DNA of 57,962 bases from Candidatus Nomurabacteria bacterium (lineage in GTDB: Bacteria; Patescibacteriota; Minisyncoccia; Phycocordibacterales; SBAW01). The notes under the pieces were generated by a model. That model saw nothing but the letters and a program-made list of their open reading frames with translations, searched no databases and was not told where the DNA came from. A program made the translations under genes and the position numbers. Below are positions 10,750-20,473 of this stretch, one piece after another (position 1 is the first letter of the stretch; every line of letters starts with the position of its first letter). The DNA is taken from contig CALQZN010000001.1 of the NCBI GenBank assembly GCA_943349675.1, forward strand, positions 1-57,962, read 5' to 3'.

Positions 10750-11442
10750 ATGCGTCGAGATGCCCACTTAGCATCCGGTGAGACTTACCACATTTATAAT
10801 CGTGGCGCTCACAAACAAAGACTTTTTACCTGCAAAGAAGACTACGACCGTTTTTTGTTGCTTTTACATATAACCAATACAACAGAGCCAGTAGACACAC
10901 GAACTCTTTTTGAAAAATACAGAGGAAAACCTTTCGTGAATATATTTACGTCAGAGAAACCGGGAAAAACTCTTGTTGACGTACTAGCATTCTCTCTGCT
11001 GTCTAACCACTTTCATTTAATTTTGCGTCAAAAAGCTGACCACGGCATCAGCACGTTTCTTCGAAAAGTTTTGACCGGATACTCAATGTATTTCAATACA
11101 AAATATACCCACAGCGGTATTTTATCCCAAGGTCCATTTAAAAGTCGGCACATCGACGACCAAACTTACTTTCGTTATATTTTTTCGTATGTACATTTAA
11201 ACCCTCTTGACCGCCTTGAACCTTCTTGGAAGATGGGGGTATTTGCGAATAAAGATGCCGCTATACACTTCCTCAACACCTATAGATATTCAAGTTTTTA
11301 TGATTATTTCGTAGCCGAGAGACCCGAGAGGGCTATTCTTGCATATGATGAGCGGCCAGATTTTCTAAAAACACAAAATGATCTCGAGGAGTTTCTGGCC
11401 TGGTATGCCCCACCGCCTCTTACGAAGATTGGTCTCTTGTAA
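10750..11442 (+). CDS. RAYT / IS200-like Y1 (HUH) transposase family protein
   Basis: The HUH motif is SNHFHLIL and the catalytic Tyr motif is YIFSYVHLNPL. The start is moved to ATG 10750 because the upstream part of the track ORF is repeat A1. Confidence 0.75.
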   Translation: MRRDAHLASGETYHIYNRGAHKQRLFTCKEDYDRFLLLLHITNTTEPVDTRTLFEKYRGKPFVNIFTSEKPGKTLVDVLAFSLLSNHFHLILRQKADHGISTFLRKVLTGYSMYFNTKYTHSGILSQGPFKSRHIDDQTYFRYIFSYVHLNPLDRLEPSWKMGVFANKDAAIHFLNTYRYSSFYDYFVAERPERAILAYDERPDFLKTQNDLEEFLAWYAPPPLTKIGLL

Positions 11443-11450
11443 AACTCTAC

Positions 11451-12086
11451 CTAGCGGGAGCGCTTGATGGAGCGGGTGGAGCCCAAGATTGGCAAGTCGC
11501 CTTTTATTGGAACTGATGCGTTAATTGCCACAACTTCCAGCTGGACCTTTTGCCCTGCTTTTGCTTTTGCAGAAATATTTGCAGCAACCGTAAGCGTGAT
11601 CGATTGCCCAGGAGAGAGAATGATAGCGCTATCTAAATCTACCTGGCTGCCGCTGAGTGATTTTGGAGTACTGGCGGCAGTGTTGGCGCCCACAACCATA
11701 ACACCCTCAACATTAGTGTTTTTGCCTTTTCCTGTTTGCTCGACTGTAATACTGTAAATAGTTGCGGGCGCATTAGTGCTGTTGGTTAAGGCAAAAGTGG
11801 TAAAGGGTACCGCAGAGTCGCCCGGCACTACAGAAGTATTGTCTGGCCGTGTTGCTTCGACAAATGAGAGACTTCCAGAATGGGCGCCGGGCGCCACACC
11901 TGCCGAGCTTCCCATAAGTGCCCGCCACACACCCGCTATAGTTGCATCGTCTGCACCAAAAGAAACCAGCAACAACACTATTGCATTTGCTTGGCCAGGG
12001 GCGAGTGCTGCTTGGGCTGGCACCGCAAAACCACACACCCCTACCAAAAACAGCGCACCTAAAATATGAGAAGTGACGCGTCGCAT
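11451..12086 (-). CDS. secreted protein, paralogous N-terminal module to the 12978-15068 surface protein
   Basis: It has a signal peptide ...AVPAQA. The module QANAIVLLLVSFGADDATIAGVWRALMG matches QISSIIGLLQSFGADAATIANVQASLNG in the larger protein. Confidence 0.55.
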   Translation of the reverse strand: MRRVTSHILGALFLVGVCGFAVPAQAALAPGQANAIVLLLVSFGADDATIAGVWRALMGSSAGVAPGAHSGSLSFVEATRPDNTSVVPGDSAVPFTTFALTNSTNAPATIYSITVEQTGKGKNTNVEGVMVVGANTAASTPKSLSGSQVDLDSAIILSPGQSITLTVAANISAKAKAGQKVQLEVVAINASVPIKGDLPILGSTRSIKRSR

Positions 12087-12113
12087 ACACCTAGTATACC
12101 AGAGCACTTCTAT

Positions 12114-12737
12114 TTATTTTGTGAACTTAAAAGAAGCCAGGATGGTGCGGTAGGCGTCGAGCGTTGCAGCCTCGTTGGCAACGTTTATTTCGTACCATAC
12201 ACCGTTGCGTTGAATTGGGATAATAAAGAACGAGCAGTCAGGGTCTGTTTTGGTTGGTTTGCAATCTAACCCATCTGGAAACATGTACGCAGTAGCAGCT
12301 TGCCCACCCACCGTCACCGTTTCAGTTTTTGAAGTTTGGTTTTTGATGGTACGCTCTTTACGATTGATAGTTACAGAAAATCTCTGGGGCGAAAACGGCT
12401 TTGTGTCGTGCACACTCACAATAGAGGGCATGTTGTTTTGAGCATCCACCATAGAAGTTTCGGGCTCTAGTACCCAACTGGATGGGTACGCGAAAGAGTA
12501 ACCAAAAGCAGCATTTGTGTACGTTTTTGTATTTGCAGCAGGGGCTGTAGTCGAAGATGGAGCAGGGGCGGCAGTAGACGCCGCACTCGTACTCGTACTC
12601 GCCACTGGAGACGCTTCTGGCACAGTAGCAACCACACCTACGTTATTAGTTGCAGGTTTTTGCATCTTAGCTACGAAGAAAATCCCAAGCCCTAAAACTA
12701 CACACGCTGCAATAACAACCATCGTTTTTTGATTCAT
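12114..12737 (-). CDS. membrane-anchored hypothetical protein
   Basis: ORF track. It has an N-terminal TM segment, an Ala/Ser/Thr/Pro-rich linker, and a GGAGG motif upstream of the ATG. Confidence 0.5.
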   Translation of the reverse strand: MNQKTMVVIAACVVLGLGIFFVAKMQKPATNNVGVVATVPEASPVASTSTSAASTAAPAPSSTTAPAANTKTYTNAAFGYSFAYPSSWVLEPETSMVDAQNNMPSIVSVHDTKPFSPQRFSVTINRKERTIKNQTSKTETVTVGGQAATAYMFPDGLDCKPTKTDPDCSFFIIPIQRNGVWYEINVANEAATLDAYRTILASFKFTK

Positions 12738-12776
12738 ACCTCCATCCTACCACTTTTGGAAAGGCGTGCTTTGTGT

Positions 12777-12840
12777 AAAAAGTTATCCACAGTTCTGTCT
12801 ACGAAGGTCAGTCCTTTGTAAGCCTGGGTGTGGATAAGTC
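12777..12840. repeat. palindromic repeat family A, copy A2 (central hairpin inverted relative to A1)
   Basis: TTATCCACA lies at 12783-12791 and TGTGGATAA at 12829-12837. The inner hairpin is CTACGAAGG-tcagt-CCTTTGTAAG. Confidence 0.85.
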
Positions 12841-12889
12841 AAAAAATGGAAGGAGACCGCGGAAATAGAGCAGCGCACACAAAACAAAA

Positions 12890-12912
12890 AACCACCCCTT
12901 TCGGAGTGGTTT
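12890..12912 (-). terminator. rho-independent terminator of the surface-protein gene
   Basis: Minus sense reads CCACTCCgaaaGGGGTGG followed by TTTTTTG. Confidence 0.7.
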
Positions 12913-12977
12913 TTTGTTGAACATCTTGAGACTAGGTAAACCTATTCTCAATCTGCATCAAGCAGTAGCTATTGCTA

Positions 12978-15068
12978 TTACTGGATGTAGAGACCTGTAA
13001 GGGTGTTCGTATTGAACGAACCAAGGTCGAAGTTGTAGAGATTCGCAGTAGCGTCCTGGCTAGTGGTATCCCATGAGAAGCCGGTGAGTTTAACACCCGC
13101 GTTCACATTGTCGCCACCCGCAGGGATAGATACTGTGAAGGTGAAGTTACGAGTCTCGCCAGCGTCAAGCACAAAACGCTTGTCGCCACTGTTGAGAACG
13201 TCGTTACTATCTGAACTATCTGCAGTAACGATACCTGTACCGTAAGCGGTAAAGCCTGAGGTTGTGGTACCGGTTGTTGAATCAGTGGTGGTTGCCCATG
13301 TCACTGTTCCAGCTGCAGCAGGAATACCAGCTGCTACGTCACCGTCAAAGTAGGCGGTGTCGTCACCATTGTTGGTAACTGAGAACTTGATAGTGAAGTC
13401 AGCAACGTCCGGAGCATTTGCAATAGAACCAACAGTTTTAGTTGCTGTTGAGCTCTTGTAGGTAACCGTTATACCGTTTTCACTATAGAACGACTGCGCA
13501 TTGCCGCCAGCTGCACCAGATGGAGTAACTGTCTCACCGTTATCATCTTCAACATCCCAAGCAACGAGACTTGAAGTTGTAGAAGCGGTCAAAGAGTCAC
13601 CATTGTCTGGCTCACCAGTGTCAGTGTCGAAGATGTCAACAACGATCGAGAAGTTCTCGGTATCGCCTTTAGCAATTTCGATGTCAACGTTGTCAAAGAC
13701 AACTTCTTCGTATGTGCCTGCACTTGCAGGAACGTTTTCAGTCTTAACAAGAGTCGAGCCCTTCATAAGGTGTACGCGCTTGACGATATCGCCAACGTTT
13801 GTTGCACCAGAAACTAGGAGACCAACTGGCATGTCCTCAATGTGAACATCCTGGTCGTCAGCCTCAAGCTCGAACTCAAGAACAGTTACGTCTTCTGTAT
13901 CGGAAGTGTCATCAACAACCACGAGGCCAGCCTCTGGACTGTCATCGCCTTCACGAATAGTAAGCGTACCTGTGTCAGATGCGGTAACTGAGAATGTCTC
14001 GTAGTCACCTGAACCATCAAGGCTGTAACCGCCGTCATACGTTTCAGAGATACCTACAGCGTCAACTGCACGAATGCCAGTATCATCGATACCAACTTCG
14101 AGTACAGTTGCTACGTCACCAGTGTCAATGTTGTTGACAGCAGAAACCGCTACGTACATATCAGCTGTTTTACCTTCACGCACGATGCCTTTCAAGCCAG
14201 TGAAGCGTGCCTCAAAAAGGTCGCTTGTACTTGAATCCTCCTCAATGTCACTAACGTCGACAGTTGCGAGTTTTTTACCATCGAGCCAAAGAGATACTTC
14301 GGTGATGTAGTCATCGAGCTGTGTGCTTTCGCCACCAGTTGCGTCATCAAGGTCAATGAGAACGTCAACACGTTCAATCATCATGTCAGAATCCTCAGCC
14401 TCGAGTTCGAGACCAAGAACTTGTACATCTTCATCGCCTTCATCAACATCACTCTCGACGTCGCCAAGAAGGCCGTTTACATCAAGAGTACCTTCACCGC
14501 CCTGAAGACCTGTTGGGGTTGTAGGGGTAGTTGGGTTAACAGGTGTACCTGGAGTTGTGCCCGAGCACTTTGCAGCAATAGTTGTGCGAGTTACTGGACC
14601 AACATACCCAGCTGCTGGGGTGATAGCGTTTGCAGTCTGGAACTTGATAACCGCAGCGCGAGTTGCAGGACCAAAGGTTGAGGTCTCCATACCTGGAGAA
14701 CCAGCACCTGTAGCTGCTACTTGGGTTGCAGCGCTCATGTTCAAGAATTTCTGGAGGGCCATAACATCAGCGCCGGTTGCACCGACAGTGAGGTCGCGGG
14801 TCCATACAGAAGCGTTACATGCCATAGAGCCACCTGTTGATGGAGTTGTTGGCATTGTAGGCGCTGTGCCATTAAGAGAAGCTTGAACGTTTGCGATAGT
14901 TGCAGCGTCAGCACCAAAAGACTGGAGAAGTCCGATGATACTGCTTATTTGACCTGAGGTCAGTGCTGCTGCGCGAACTGGAGCTGCTGCGCCAAGCACA
15001 AGTGCAAAGGCGACCGCGACACCAGCAGCTACAGCAACGAGTTTTGTGTAACTGTGAGTAATAGTCAT
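12978..15068 (-). CDS. large acidic cell-surface protein with a peptidoglycan-binding-like domain
   Basis: It has a signal or anchor segment. The PG_binding_1-like segment is GATGADVMALQKFLN...FGPATRAAVIKFQ. Long Asp/Thr/Gly-rich beta-type repeats follow. Confidence 0.65.
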   Translation of the reverse strand: MTITHSYTKLVAVAAGVAVAFALVLGAAAPVRAAALTSGQISSIIGLLQSFGADAATIANVQASLNGTAPTMPTTPSTGGSMACNASVWTRDLTVGATGADVMALQKFLNMSAATQVAATGAGSPGMETSTFGPATRAAVIKFQTANAITPAAGYVGPVTRTTIAAKCSGTTPGTPVNPTTPTTPTGLQGGEGTLDVNGLLGDVESDVDEGDEDVQVLGLELEAEDSDMMIERVDVLIDLDDATGGESTQLDDYITEVSLWLDGKKLATVDVSDIEEDSSTSDLFEARFTGLKGIVREGKTADMYVAVSAVNNIDTGDVATVLEVGIDDTGIRAVDAVGISETYDGGYSLDGSGDYETFSVTASDTGTLTIREGDDSPEAGLVVVDDTSDTEDVTVLEFELEADDQDVHIEDMPVGLLVSGATNVGDIVKRVHLMKGSTLVKTENVPASAGTYEEVVFDNVDIEIAKGDTENFSIVVDIFDTDTGEPDNGDSLTASTTSSLVAWDVEDDNGETVTPSGAAGGNAQSFYSENGITVTYKSSTATKTVGSIANAPDVADFTIKFSVTNNGDDTAYFDGDVAAGIPAAAGTVTWATTTDSTTGTTTSGFTAYGTGIVTADSSDSNDVLNSGDKRFVLDAGETRNFTFTVSIPAGGDNVNAGVKLTGFSWDTTSQDATANLYNFDLGSFNTNTLTGLYIQ

Positions 15069-15592
15069 ATTTTCTAATTCGAACAATTAATAATTACTTG
15101 TAAACGACGAGTAATGAGAACCGAACAGGTCTACCCGGCTTGCACGTTGCGACACGCAACTTTCTCTCTTTATCTCCTATTAAAGAAGGAGGGAAAGCCG
15201 TAGTCGCCAAAGCGCTAGCGTTTGGTAGCAAAAATGGTAGGGGAGTTTCAGTCGTTTGCATCCGTGGGCGGGACAAGGAATTTCTGTACGTACATCCAAA
15301 GTTTATGACGCAGTAAGTAGAGACTACTTACAACGCGCTTTGGGAATCTGCTTTGTTTATTCTGTTGTCAACGAACAATTCATGCAGTCTTAATCTACAG
15401 ACTCGAATTGCCGACATTTAGTCGCTACACCACAGTATATGGTGCGTTTGTGTAGAACTGCAAAAATACCCTGTGGACAACAGCACAAAGGCCGGCTTGA
15501 CCGGCGCCCCAGATATGCAGCTTCCACGTGCTCCAAATCTACATGAAACTGGGCGCATGGTCAACGCCAAACTGAGCCACAGGACTTGACTC

Positions 15593-16318
15593 TTACAAAA
15601 TAGGGACGTACAGACTCCAGCGCCGCTCACCAACCTTCTGTATGACCTTTTGCTGCACAAGGACAGCTAGCTCTCGCTGTATGGTTTTCTCGCTACATCC
15701 CTGCACCACGCGGGCAATGTCTTTTATAGAAACACCCTTATTTTTGAGCACAAAATCACGTATACGTTCCGTGCGCTCTTGCTGTCCTTTAGATACAAGT
15801 TTTTGAGTATCCTGACTTTTAAAAACATTGTGTCCTTTACTGTCCTTTATAGGCTCTGCCTGCAGTAGGCCAGCCCCCAGTGCGTTGCTTTGGCCTTGCT
15901 CCACCTGCGGCACCGCAAAGTCCTGCGCTGATGCAAAAGGGGAGAGGCGAACACTTGCGGCAAACTTCTCTATCAACGCCTCGTATTCTTGCGCGAGTAT
16001 CTGTGCATTTTCTTTTACAATAACGCCATTGGTTTGCAAAAGACGGATGCTCGATAGGAGCACGAGGAGGTCTGCGAGTACTGACTCTGCGCTAACGTTA
16101 CCCAAGGCAAAATATGCAATTTGCCTGGGCAACATCCCGGCTGAACGAGAAAGTTCTACTAACTCCCCTCGCCTGCCTTCTGAGACACTATTAGACAACG
16201 CAATAAGAACGTGGGCAATTTTTTCTGACTTTAAAAAACAAAAGTACCAATCACCGCGTCCTTTAAAAAGGGCTGATTCTACTGCAAATTCATGGAAGTT
16301 TTTTTTGTTATCAGACAC
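15593..16318 (-). CDS. hypothetical protein with a C-terminal wHTH (DeoR-like)
   Basis: The C-terminus IRDFVLKNKGVSIKDIARVVQGCSEKTIQRELAVLVQQKVIQKVG looks like a wHTH. Confidence 0.45.
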   Translation of the reverse strand: MSDNKKNFHEFAVESALFKGRGDWYFCFLKSEKIAHVLIALSNSVSEGRRGELVELSRSAGMLPRQIAYFALGNVSAESVLADLLVLLSSIRLLQTNGVIVKENAQILAQEYEALIEKFAASVRLSPFASAQDFAVPQVEQGQSNALGAGLLQAEPIKDSKGHNVFKSQDTQKLVSKGQQERTERIRDFVLKNKGVSIKDIARVVQGCSEKTIQRELAVLVQQKVIQKVGERRWSLYVPIL

Positions 16319-16473
16319 AGTTTTGTCTCTTATTTGACCTTAATCTATACTTAACGACCTTTACATTGTCTCAGACGTCTTTTTATACTCTGTGTCCTTG
16401 AGTATACCGGCCCTTTAGAGCGAGCGCAAAATTTTCTAAACACTTCCATGACTCGTGGTAGAATTGGCTGAAT

Positions 16474-18690
16474 ATGGCTCGCAAAAGCAGTAAACAAAAA
16501 GAACGCACAGCGGGGCTTCCTGCTGCAACCAAGCGCGCCATTGTGGTGGTGCTGTTGTTTATATTGGGTATCTTTTTAACCCTCGCCGCATTTGGTGCGG
16601 CAGGCATCGCAGGCTCAGACGCCTATCGACTTTTTGCGTATCTACTTGGTGTTGGATATTTTTTGTTGCCGGTGCTTTTTTTCGTACTTGCGGGCACCGC
16701 ACTTAAGGCAGAGGCAACCGGGTTTACACCCCTTAAAATTGGCGCGAGCGTGCTTTTTATTTTGGCAGGTCTTGGATTTATCGACATTATTGCTGGAAAA
16801 GGCGGGCTCGTGGGCAGCGCTATAGGAAACCCTGCAGTGCACTTTCTTGATATCTATGCAGCACTCATTGTGCTCGGCGGACTTTCACTCACTTCTCTTC
16901 TTATCATCCTTGAAGGGAAATTGTCGCTTCAAATACTAGGAGAAGCAGCAGAGTCTCCTAGATTCGCTGGCCTTTGGGAACGTATCCGTGGCAAAAAAGA
17001 TGATATAGACCCAGCGATCGCAAACCTTCCAGAGCTAGAAGATGAGGCGGAAGATCAACAAGAGGGGAGCTACGAAGAAGAACAAGGAGGGGCAGAACAG
17101 CCCACACCTCGACGCGTCGCGACGGCAACGCCCGATAGAGAAACGCAGGCGCGGAACTCTGCTGCAGTGCTTAAAAGTTTGCTTGGCCAATACACTCCCC
17201 CACCCCTTTCTCTTTTAGAGCGAGACAAAGGCCGCCCTGGAGTAGGAGACATAAAAGCCAACGCAAATATTATTAAACGCACGTTAGCCAACTTTGGCAT
17301 CGTGGTCGAGTTGGACGAAATATCTATTGGACCATCAGTTACAAGGTACGCTATTAAACCAGCCGAAGGTGTACGCCTGCAAAAAATAGTCGGTCTGCAA
17401 ACTAACCTAGAATTGGCGCTCGCCGCACACCCTGTGCGCATCGAGGCCCCAATACCAGGCAAGTCATTGGTTGGTATTGAGGTGCCCAACTCTGCCAAAG
17501 TGACCGTTGGGCTAGGTACGCTTTTGGAAGCGCAAGAATTTAATGACTCACACAAACCACTTCTTGTAGCACTGGGGCGTGACATCGCAGGAGGATCGCA
17601 TTTTGGCAACGTTGCAAAAATGCCACACATGCTTATTGCTGGCGCCACAGGCTCGGGCAAATCGGTCACTATACACGCCATAATTAACTCATTGCTGTAC
17701 CGCTGTGGCCCACAACAACTGCGTTTTTTGATGATTGACCCTAAGCGCGTGGAACTTACTCTGTACAACAAACTCCCACACCTCCTGACCCCTGTTATTA
17801 CCGACCCCAAACGCGCAATTATGGCACTACGTTGGGCCGGCAAAGAAATGGATCGCCGCTACAATATTTTAGAAGCTGAGCGTGTGCGCGATATAGAGTC
17901 GTACCATCAAAATGTCCTTACCCCAGCGCTCGAGAAGCTCCGCAAAAAAGGGACCCCAGACGAAGGAGACGTGGTACCGGAAGCTATGCCATACATTGTG
18001 GTTGTTATCGATGAGTTGGCGGATATTATGCAAACCTTCCCGCGCGAACTTGAGGCTGCTATTGTGCGGCTTGCGCAGATGAGCCGCGCTGTGGGTATAC
18101 ACCTTATGCTTTCGACCCAACGCCCAAGCGTTAACGTTATAACCGGCTTAATCAAAGCAAACGTCCCCGCCCGCTTAGCTCTGCAAGTCGCCAGCCAGAT
18201 AGACTCGCGCACGATACTCGACCAAGGTGGAGCAGAAAAATTACTGGGCGCCGGCGACATGTTGTACCTAGGCGGAGAAATGGGTAAACCAATACGCCTC
18301 CAGAGTGCGTTTATTGGTGAAGCGGAGGTTAAAAAAGTGACTGACTTTATCGCCGAGCATAACGACGACGAGTTGCCTGTCGACATCACCGCGCCAGCGC
18401 CCGGAGTGACCAGCATTTCACTCACTGACTCGCCCGCAAGTGGCGGAGGGTTTGATGACGATGTAGACGACGACATGTACGAAGCTGCCCGCGCCGCCGT
18501 ACTGGAAGCAGGCAAAGCCTCGACCTCGTACATCCAGCGGAAGTTACGTGTTGGCTACGCCCGCGCAGCACGACTGGTCGACATGCTCGAAGAGCGCGGC
18601 GTCATAGGCCCGGGTGACGGCGCAAAACCACGCGAAGTGCTCCAGCGAGGCCCCACAGCAGGAGACACCCCACCTACCGATGCGGAATAG
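16474..18690 (+). CDS. ftsK: DNA translocase FtsK/SpoIIIE
   Basis: It has N-terminal TM helices, the Walker A motif GATGSGKS, and a gamma-domain wHTH (YIQRKLRVGYARAARLVDMLEERGVIG). Confidence 0.9.
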   Translation: MARKSSKQKERTAGLPAATKRAIVVVLLFILGIFLTLAAFGAAGIAGSDAYRLFAYLLGVGYFLLPVLFFVLAGTALKAEATGFTPLKIGASVLFILAGLGFIDIIAGKGGLVGSAIGNPAVHFLDIYAALIVLGGLSLTSLLIILEGKLSLQILGEAAESPRFAGLWERIRGKKDDIDPAIANLPELEDEAEDQQEGSYEEEQGGAEQPTPRRVATATPDRETQARNSAAVLKSLLGQYTPPPLSLLERDKGRPGVGDIKANANIIKRTLANFGIVVELDEISIGPSVTRYAIKPAEGVRLQKIVGLQTNLELALAAHPVRIEAPIPGKSLVGIEVPNSAKVTVGLGTLLEAQEFNDSHKPLLVALGRDIAGGSHFGNVAKMPHMLIAGATGSGKSVTIHAIINSLLYRCGPQQLRFLMIDPKRVELTLYNKLPHLLTPVITDPKRAIMALRWAGKEMDRRYNILEAERVRDIESYHQNVLTPALEKLRKKGTPDEGDVVPEAMPYIVVVIDELADIMQTFPRELEAAIVRLAQMSRAVGIHLMLSTQRPSVNVITGLIKANVPARLALQVASQIDSRTILDQGGAEKLLGAGDMLYLGGEMGKPIRLQSAFIGEAEVKKVTDFIAEHNDDELPVDITAPAPGVTSISLTDSPASGGGFDDDVDDDMYEAARAAVLEAGKASTSYIQRKLRVGYARAARLVDMLEERGVIGPGDGAKPREVLQRGPTAGDTPPTDAE

Positions 18691-19066
18691 TCGCCCACAC
18701 GTACGCGATTCTTCCAAATGGGTCGTGACGTCTGTGTTCATTTTTTGTGCTCTTACGGTTGTTGGGTACGGCCTATTTGAAGGGCGGCGACTACTCCAAG
18801 GCCCCAAAATAAGCATTTACTCCCCCACAGACGGCTCGTCCACGTCGACCACCGCCGTTTTGGTTAGCGGAGTAGCCCATAACGTGTCTTTTTTGACCTT
18901 GGACGACCAACCTGCATTTACGGACGAGTCAGGCTATTTTGCGGTCACACTCTCCCCGCCCCCGGGGTATACTGTAGTGACCGTGGCGGCAGTAGACAGG
19001 TTTGGCCGCCGGGCGTCCAAAAGTGTTTCGTTAAACGTTTTTAATTATTGTCCTAATGCTACATAA
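18680..19066 (+). CDS. membrane-anchored Ig-like-domain protein (hypothetical)
   Basis: The internal ATG overlaps the ftsK stop. One TM segment is followed by a beta-rich domain. Confidence 0.45.
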   Translation: MRNSRPHVRDSSKWVVTSVFIFCALTVVGYGLFEGRRLLQGPKISIYSPTDGSSTSTTAVLVSGVAHNVSFLTLDDQPAFTDESGYFAVTLSPPPGYTVVTVAAVDRFGRRASKSVSLNVFNYCPNAT

Positions 19067-19071
19067 ATCGC

Positions 19072-20136
19072 ATGGCTTTTAATAAAAAGAAAGAGGTAGT
19101 GCCGAAGACAATGGGTACCCGTGACTCATCTGCTATAGACGCCGCTATTCGCGAGATAAAAACAAAGTTTGGTGACGAAGCGATAATGAAACTAGGCGAC
19201 ACCCCACGTGTCGACATCGACGCCATACCCTCGGGCTCTATTGGCTTGGACTGGGCGCTTGGTATTGGTGGATACCCACGAGGGCGCATTTTGGAAATAT
19301 TTGGCCCCGAGTCGTCCGGCAAGACCACCCTATCACTGCATGCCATTGCCGAAGCCCAGAAAAAAGGAGGAGTATGTGCCTTTATTGATGCAGAACACGC
19401 ACTTGACCCGCAATATGCCGAAAAAATAGGCGTCAAATTAAATGAGCTGCTCGTCTCGCAGCCCGACACAGGCGAACAAGCGCTCGAGATTGTTGAGTCG
19501 CTGGTGCGATCGGGCAAAATCGATATTATTGTCATTGACTCTGTCGCAGCACTTACCCCAAAAGATGAGATAGAGGGCGACATGGGGCAAAGCCACGTGG
19601 GCAAGCAAGCACGGCTAATGTCACAAGCGCTGCGCAAATTGACCGCCATAACGTCGAAGTCTAAAACCGTGGTGATTTTTATAAACCAAATCCGCATGCA
19701 AATTGGCATGATGTTTGGCAATCCGGAAACTACACCCGGCGGAAAGGCGCTTAAGTTTTACACCAGCGTACGACTCGACATTCGCCGCATAGCACAAATC
19801 AAAAAAGGAGAAGAAGTTGTAGGCGGTAGACACCGCGTAAAAGTGGTTAAGAATAAAGTTGCTGCACCGTTTCGCAAAGTTGAGTTTGACCTACTCTACA
19901 ACGAAGGCATCTCTCGCGAAGGCGAATTGTTGGCATTGGGCGAGAGTTTGGGGATAGTCAAAAAAAGCGGCTCATCATATGCTTTTGGCGAAGAGAAGCT
20001 CGGACGTGGCTATGATGCCTCTCGAACTTACCTGCGAGAAAACACAAAAATAGCGAACGAGTTGCTTAAACAAATCCGCACATCGCTTGAAACTAACACC
20101 CCAGGCAAAGTCAGTGGTGGAGACTCCGACGACTAA
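19072..20136 (+). CDS. recA: recombinase RecA
   Basis: The Walker A motif is GPESSGKTT, and the sequence ...[18 protein letters not shown]... is typical of RecA. Confidence 0.95.
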   Translation: MAFNKKKEVVPKTMGTRDSSAIDAAIREIKTKFGDEAIMKLGDTPRVDIDAIPSGSIGLDWALGIGGYPRGRILEIFGPESSGKTTLSLHAIAEAQKKGGVCAFIDAEHALDPQYAEKIGVKLNELLVSQPDTGEQALEIVESLVRSGKIDIIVIDSVAALTPKDEIEGDMGQSHVGKQARLMSQALRKLTAITSKSKTVVIFINQIRMQIGMMFGNPETTPGGKALKFYTSVRLDIRRIAQIKKGEEVVGGRHRVKVVKNKVAAPFRKVEFDLLYNEGISREGELLALGESLGIVKKSGSSYAFGEEKLGRGYDASRTYLRENTKIANELLKQIRTSLETNTPGKVSGGDSDD

Positions 20137-20459
20137 GCAAACCTACCTTCTATCCGAGTTAGTGAACGGAGCGCATCAGCCAATAAGAGCCCGAGCGTTA
20201 CGCTACCCACCACCAGCGCAAGCTGGACCACAAGCGTGGTGCCCAAAACTGCGGACAGTACGAACGTGCCGATATTAAATATGCCACCCTTGGCTACTGT
20301 AGCCAGGTTGATCAGTACATTAGACAGTGATACAAACGCCACAATACCTACAAAAGACAGCGCCAGCCCGTACATTTTAAACGCAAAGACGCTGGTACAC
20401 TGCCGCACCGCATAGATTACCGCGACACCGGCCATCACTTGTTGTTCTATTTTACTCAT
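20133..20459 (-). CDS. small polytopic membrane protein (possible anti-sigma partner)
   Basis: ORF track. It lies directly downstream of the sigma factor gene and has three hydrophobic helices. Confidence 0.4.
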   Translation of the reverse strand: MSKIEQQVMAGVAVIYAVRQCTSVFAFKMYGLALSFVGIVAFVSLSNVLINLATVAKGGIFNIGTFVLSAVLGTTLVVQLALVVGSVTLGLLLADALRSLTRIEGRFA

Positions 20460-20473
20460 GGTCTTTATTATAA

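Noticed and set aside
10658-12840. Family A copies A1 and A2 as ends of a composite or IS200/IS605-type transposon carrying the Y1 transposase.
   Set aside because: The two intervening minus-strand genes look like resident envelope genes; one is a paralog of the gene just outside the segment. Copy A3 and the solo arm occur without any transposase, and no IS-type left or right ends or cleavage-site pattern could be defined. The RAYT/REP-like interpretation is kept instead.
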